Translations under genes and position numbers: made by a program
Notes under the pieces: generated by a model
Database searches by the model: none
What the model saw: only the letters and a program-made list of their open reading frames with translations
Told to the model about the DNA's origin: nothing
Source: Eledone cirrhosa
Lineage: Eukaryota
NCBI GenBank assembly: GCA_964016885.1
Contig: OZ024740.1
Location: 222,766,001-222,830,000 of the forward strand
Reading direction: 5' to 3'
Length of the DNA: 64,000 nt
In this document: positions 58,221 to 64,000 of the stretch, one piece after another
How the letters are laid out: every line of letters begins with the position of its first letter
How positions within the stretch are numbered: the first letter of the stretch is position 1

Positions 58221-61200
58221 GTTTGTTGTTATTAGTGTTTAGTAATGCAGGCATTTGAGGGATACATGCAACATGGATGATGAGAGGAAGAGAGATGGGT
58301 GAATCCACATGGAGGTAATATGAGAGCAGAATGTTATTGATTAGTTTTGGCATAGTTTGTTGATTGTAAAGATTCCAAATTATGTTTATATTTAAATCCA
58401 TTTGTTAGAGTCAAAACAAAAGCTAAGCATTTAACCATCCTATTAACATATTTTCTAGTGCATAATTTGAGAAATTTTGAACTAATATTAAGAGCAAAAA
58501 AGGGGTGTGGCTCTTGTAAATGAGTAAAGCTTTTGAAATCTTTACAGTGTTGTTTCCATTCCTGAAGAATATTTTGTAGTTAATATTGACAGTTCACCAG
58601 TTTGACATCTGGTTTTCCATGTTAGCATGGGGTACATGAAACATTTTGAAGCAGAATTCTATAGCCAGATAACCATCCTATCATTGGTGTTTTTAAATAA
58701 AGTACACATAGTTACACATTTAAGCACTGAACAGGATTTTGTTTATGTGGAATGTAAACAAATATCTCCCCCTATGATGTCAAATGCAAAGTAGAGAAGC
58801 AAACAAACACACATACTGATACATGCACACAAACACATGTGATAATCTTCATTATAGTACATGTGTACTAAATTTACTCACAAGGCATTAGTTTCCCCTA
58901 GGCTATAGTATAAGAAACCAACTGAAGTTGTCATGCAGTAGGTTAGAACACAAGACTACATTGTATCAAAACAAATTTCTTAAGCACCCAACCATATCTG
59001 TACAAAAACTGCTTATCTAGTGTTTACACTTCAGCTAGGTAGACAGAGTCAGAGAACAATGCCTCTTCCTTGTGGAAATAATTGAATGTCATTTTTAGTA
59101 TGGCTTCAATGATTTAAATATATTCAATTTATATATTTTGTTGACATAGTTATCTATTAAGGAATTCATAGGTAAAAATGTTAGTTTTGCGAACTGAAGC
59201 AAAAATATGTGTTTAATTGCAGCATGATTTTACACAGCATTATTTGTTCAATATCTACAGTGTCAGCATCAATAGAAAGAAAATATCAGCTTTCAATAGC
59301 ACTAGGTTTATTCATTAATCTTGTTGACTTTCAATATAAAGAATTTCTCAATATTTGTATCAAATTGTTAAAATAGAAAGCATAAATAAATAAACAAATA
59401 AATAAATTAAAATACAATAAAAAAGTAATAAAAAAAAAAGGAAACAAAGTTATACTTAAACTTCATGCCAAGACATTTTATATTTGAATAAGAGAATAAG
59501 AGATAGCTAAGAATTGGTGAACTCTACTGAAAGATCAATGTTAATATTCATTGTTCGAAATTCAATACTCAATATTCATGTTCTTCGGTAATGTTGATAT
59601 AAAGCAAAAACTGCACACAAAGTCAATATGGTCTGCAGAAAAGGCTTTTATAAGTCAATATGCAATCGTAATGTTGGTCCAGCAACACAAGATTGTCACT
59701 CAAGAAATCTGTGTTTATATGTAAACATTAATCCCAGAATTAAGTAGAAAAGTAAGATTCAATATTAATTTTATTGCTTCTTAGTCATACAAAAATGTCA
59801 AGTTCTTAATCACAGCTAGAATGGATCTCTGCTAGATACGATTGAATTATTAATTTCTATTTAGAATTTATTCCTAGCAATCTTTTCTGTAGCAACAGAT
59901 CTTTTGCTAATTAGTTATAAATTTTCAATAATATTTTCGAAAGTGTAGGGAAATATCCTCTAATGCATGGCTATATGATTAAGGATTTTGCTTCACTATC
60001 ACATGATTTCAGGTTTGGACCCACTATGAAGGGATTTGAATAAGTGTTTTGTATTGCAGTCTTCAGGCTGATCAATACCTTGTGTGTGAAATTTAGTGTA
60101 GGGAAACTGTGCAGAAGCCTGTTGTAAATATATATATCCTCATCAACATGTAATATCTCTTCTTTTTTTTTGTTAGCAAGGGTTAAATATGTTATTGCAG
60201 ATCAAGTCAGTATTTAGTCAGAGCCACTCACGTCACAGGTAGGCAGAAGGCTACATCTCAATTATATACATTTCCACATTCTCGAGAGTGTGCTAAATGT
60301 GCTTTATAATGGCACCAGCACTAGGGAGATTAGCCTATCTTTGACACAACTGAAGAGGTTCTCGTGACCCTTTTTTGCCATGTTTTCTACTGATAATTAC
60401 CAATTGCTTTACAGAAATTGCAAACATTGTCATGCTCTCCACCCTTTTTGAACATAGTTTCTACAGCTGGATGCCCTTCCAAAAACCAGAACTAGAGAGA
60501 TTGTTGTATTTATGTATATGGTGGTAAGTCTACAATTATGTCTACAATGATTAATAACCAGTGTTTTTTGTTTAAATTCTGGAAATTATTAGTTTGAAAT
60601 ATAGAGATTAATTAAATAATTACCAGACATAAAACATAACTACTGGGTTGATATGATCAACTACAGCCTAGAAGATTGTGCCTCACCATGGCCACAATCC
60701 AATGATAGAAACCAGTAAAAGGTGAAAAGAGCAATCATTTCTGAAGCTAAATATATTTTTTATGATGATGCTCATCATCATTTTATTTCCATACTAGCAT
60801 GTATTTAATAGGTTGTCATGGCCAAGGTCAGTTCTATGGCTATGTGTATTAAAGAACTCCATCACACCCATATGTTCCACATTTTTGCATGGGTTTCTTG
60901 GCTAGATGTCCTTTCTAATATTAACCACTTTACAATGGATACAGGGTATATTTTATCATAGTATCAGCACTACAGGGGTTATCTATCTTATGTCTCTATT
61001 CAATTGTCATCCTAGATACACATTTTCAATAATATTTCCAAGTCTTTAATAAAATGTTCTCTATAACTATAGCTGTCAACCATATAATAAAGTTTAAATC
61101 TCCTGCAAACCCATTAAATATTCAGATCCACGTTTTCCTGATTTCTATTTGGAAAGTGAATACCAAATAAGATTACAAGCACAAAGGTTAAACAAAGCTA

Positions 61201-62104
61201 TGAGACAATAAAATCTCATGGTAATTGCTAAAGTCAGATATAGCAAATATAGACAATAAGAGATACTAACAATAAACTAAGAATCTTAATATTCTTGTCA
61301 CATATTATTCCTACATCATGAGGTAACCTCTACATGGTTGACTGATCTACTAAAAATACCAGCCACATATCCATCATAAAGAAGGACATATTGGCTAATT
61401 GGCTAATTAATCTCCAGATATACCAGACCTGAAAACAGCAGATGGGATGGTCATGGAAGGAATGTCTTTCATTGTAGATTCGCTGGGTCAGGGCTGACAT
61501 GGTCAGGGTTATCTAGGGGCTAAACGACATCTTTGTTTTGCTGTATGTGTATGTTCATGAAGATTCTGTGTAAAGTTTGATATCTAAGTATTTGATTTCC
61601 TATTTAGTACTTATTCTCATACAATAATTATTGTTCATTTTAACCTTTTTATAACCCTTGAATACCACTTTGTCTTACATAATATTCAATAAGAGCTCTT
61701 TCATTTTTCTTTCAGTATTCATCATAAAAATCCTCATTTTATTCCTGTGTTTCATGTTAGTGTTGGTTGGACCAATTTAGAGAATGCACTGTGTTTATTT
61801 TATGATAGCCACATAACTAAAGAGATTGTCATATCCTGTAAAAAGTACAGCCATCTCTTTAGATTACGTTATCAGCTTTCAATCATCAACTACATAATAG
61901 AGTTTCCAGGGGGAATTTCATCATGGTAACAACATGAGAAAAGTGTCCTTGCCCTTACATACCAAAACAGCCTTCTCTCGTCGACATCATTTCCATTCTT
62001 TTGTAATTTGAAGGAGAGTGATGACCAAGATGTTATATAAGTAGAGAAAACTGATAGGATGGTAGTGGAAGAAGAGAGAGACAATGGTATTATATAATCC
62101 AAAT

Positions 62105-62261
62105 CAGGTATGGGAAACCTTTTTAAGGCAGTAGACTGTATAGAATATGGCTCTTCATAAGGTAGGCCACACTACTAAAAAATTCAATGCAATTTTGAAA
62201 TTAGGTGTGACATTCAGAAAGCCAAACAGGCTGCATGTGTCTAGCAGTTTGCTCATGAATG
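62105..62261. mobile_element. Old hAT (Charlie-like) MITE
   Basis: Termini caggtatgggaaacct / agtttgctcatgaatg, degenerate. Confidence 0.4.
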
Positions 62262-62350
62262 ATCAAATATGTTCACATTTTACAATACAAATATAATTAT
62301 AATTATATTATTGATAAACATTTCTATATACCAAAATGTCCAAAGTCAAG

Positions 62351-62692
62351 ATCATCATCATCATCATCATCATTTTACGTCTGTTTTTCCTTGCTTGCAA
62401 GGGTGGGAGGGAACTGATTCTGGCTTGATTTCTACAGCTGGATGCCCTTCCTAACACCAACCTCATTTACAGTGCGTGCTGGGTGCTTTTTGCCGTGGCA
62501 CCTCCATGACCACTTTGCAGTGGAATGATAGGGACTCCAGTCCCTATCATCTCATTTCTACAGCTGAGTAAACTGGAGCAATGTGAAATAAAGTGTCTTG
62601 CTCAAGGAAACAACACATCACCCTGTCTGAGAATAGAACTCACAACGTTTCGATTGCAAGCCCAATGCTCTAACCACAAAGCCATGTGCCTC
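62351..62692 (-). mobile_element. Second full copy of the tRNA-CORE-RTE-tail SINE
   Basis: Aligns end to end with 30952-31292. A related head lies at about 23110-23238. Confidence 0.85.
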
Positions 62693-63061
62693 CATATAAT
62701 GAATAAAGATAATGAATGAAGATAATGAATCAAGATAATGAATGAAAAGCTATGGATAATCATTTGAAGATAAAATACTTTTCCATTTTTATATCTTGCA
62801 ATATATATGGACTAAGCCTACCATTCAATTAAGTCAGAATGGGATTTTAACTCAAAACACCAAAAGTTTAAACAAATAGCACAGAAAATTGGTGCCAATC
62901 TACTGCACTGGATAGGTATTTCAATTTATCAACCCCAAAAGGATTAAAAAAATAAAGAATGTTGTCCTTGGCAGAATTTGAATTCAGAGCACAGAGACCT
63001 AGAAAAATACTGTAAGGCATTTTATCCTACATTCTAACAATTTTGCCTATATGCTGCTTAT

Positions 63062-63316
63062 TTAACCCCTTCATTGCCATTCTTTTAATGAAAAAACACA
63101 GCCTATGATATTCAATTAATTTTCAAAATAATCAGCAATGTGAAAGAATTTAATAATATAACTAACTATTTCATCATTATGTTCATGTTTGGAGCATAAC
63201 TTAACAAAGCTTCTTACATGAATTTATGATGGAAGGTTTTGGGATAAATATATATACTTTAAATCAAACAAATTTGTATCATAGGTCCAGGGGCAGTTTA
63301 GTATCTAAAGTGTTAA
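63062..63316. mobile_element. TTAA-bounded MITE (piggyBac-like ends)
   Basis: ttaaccccttc...ctaaagtgttaa. Related copies at about 37857-38320 and 48537-48765. Confidence 0.5.
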
Positions 63317-63429
63317 AGCACATAGGTTTCTCATGTGGTCACCCATTTAAGTATTAAACCAGGCTCAACGTTGCTTAAATTCAGAGACCAGATGAGAACT
63401 GTTGCTTTCAGTGTGATATGGCCATAAAC
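63317..63429 (-). pseudogene. 5S rRNA pseudogene
   Basis: Minus strand gtttatggccatatcacactgaaagcaacagttctcatctggtctctgaatttaagcaacgttgagcctggtttaatacttaaatgggtgaccacatgagaaacctatgtgct follows the animal 5S consensus. Many CpG-type transitions; 3' end missing. Confidence 0.88.
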
Positions 63430-63529
63430 CTACTGATGCAAGCTAGAAAATCCTTTGGCAGTTATAAACTATCATTATTGTTGATAAAGCATTAGTCAAT
63501 CTAAAATCTGCTTGCTACTGATATAAGCC

Positions 63530-63571
<42 letters not shown>

Positions 63572-64000
63572 TGTCTGTCCCCATGCATGTCTATGTTTAT
63601 ATGATTGTGAGATACCTTAATAAATCAATGATTCATTAATTCATGTGAGGTAGGGGTTAAATCTCATTCAGATTTTTGTGACATCTATTTAATAATGTTA
63701 GATATGGCCAGCCCATCCCATTCTAAGAATCAATAATGTTCCTTTAGGGTTATGTAGATGGGCACGTCAAATGACCAGCTGTAACTTATTGAAATAAAGT
63801 CAGTTTTTCTCTACTCATCTCTCTATCTATCTATCAATATATCTATCATCCTCTATCTCCTCTTCAGTCTCTCATCTTTATAGATACTTCCAGATCTAAA
63901 TCAGAACATACTACTACTGTAACAATATAACCATCAAAATCATCATTATTCTATTAAATTATAACTACCATTGGTATAAATTATTAATAATTATTAATGG

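Noticed and set aside
63317-63429. Functional 5S rRNA gene
   Set aside because: It has many substitutions, lacks the 3' end and T-run terminator, and is a single isolated copy.

Overview
AT-rich, repeat-dense eukaryotic DNA with no recognisable host exon. The repeat families resemble those of Octopus, but that assignment is an inference. Main contents: (1) a ~10.8 kb degenerate 23-bp minisatellite, which produces almost all the ORFs between 4 and 15 kb; (2) a young, slightly 5'-truncated RTE-clade LINE (minus strand) with an uninterrupted 995-aa APE+RT ORF and a PHD finger after the RT core, plus many truncated 3' ends and SINEs sharing its tail; (3) a decayed Chapaev3-like DNA transposon, several MITEs, Meta- and CORE-type tRNA SINEs and a 5S rRNA pseudogene; (4) most notably, six minimal type I hammerhead ribozyme motifs, folded by eye, in five ORF-less elements next to (TA)n tracts. 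Three elements are fold-backs with the ribozyme in the loop, one is a 2.55 kb unit with two ribozyme-bearing ~500 bp direct repeats, and one is solo. They look like non-autonomous Penelope-like or retrozyme-like RNA elements.
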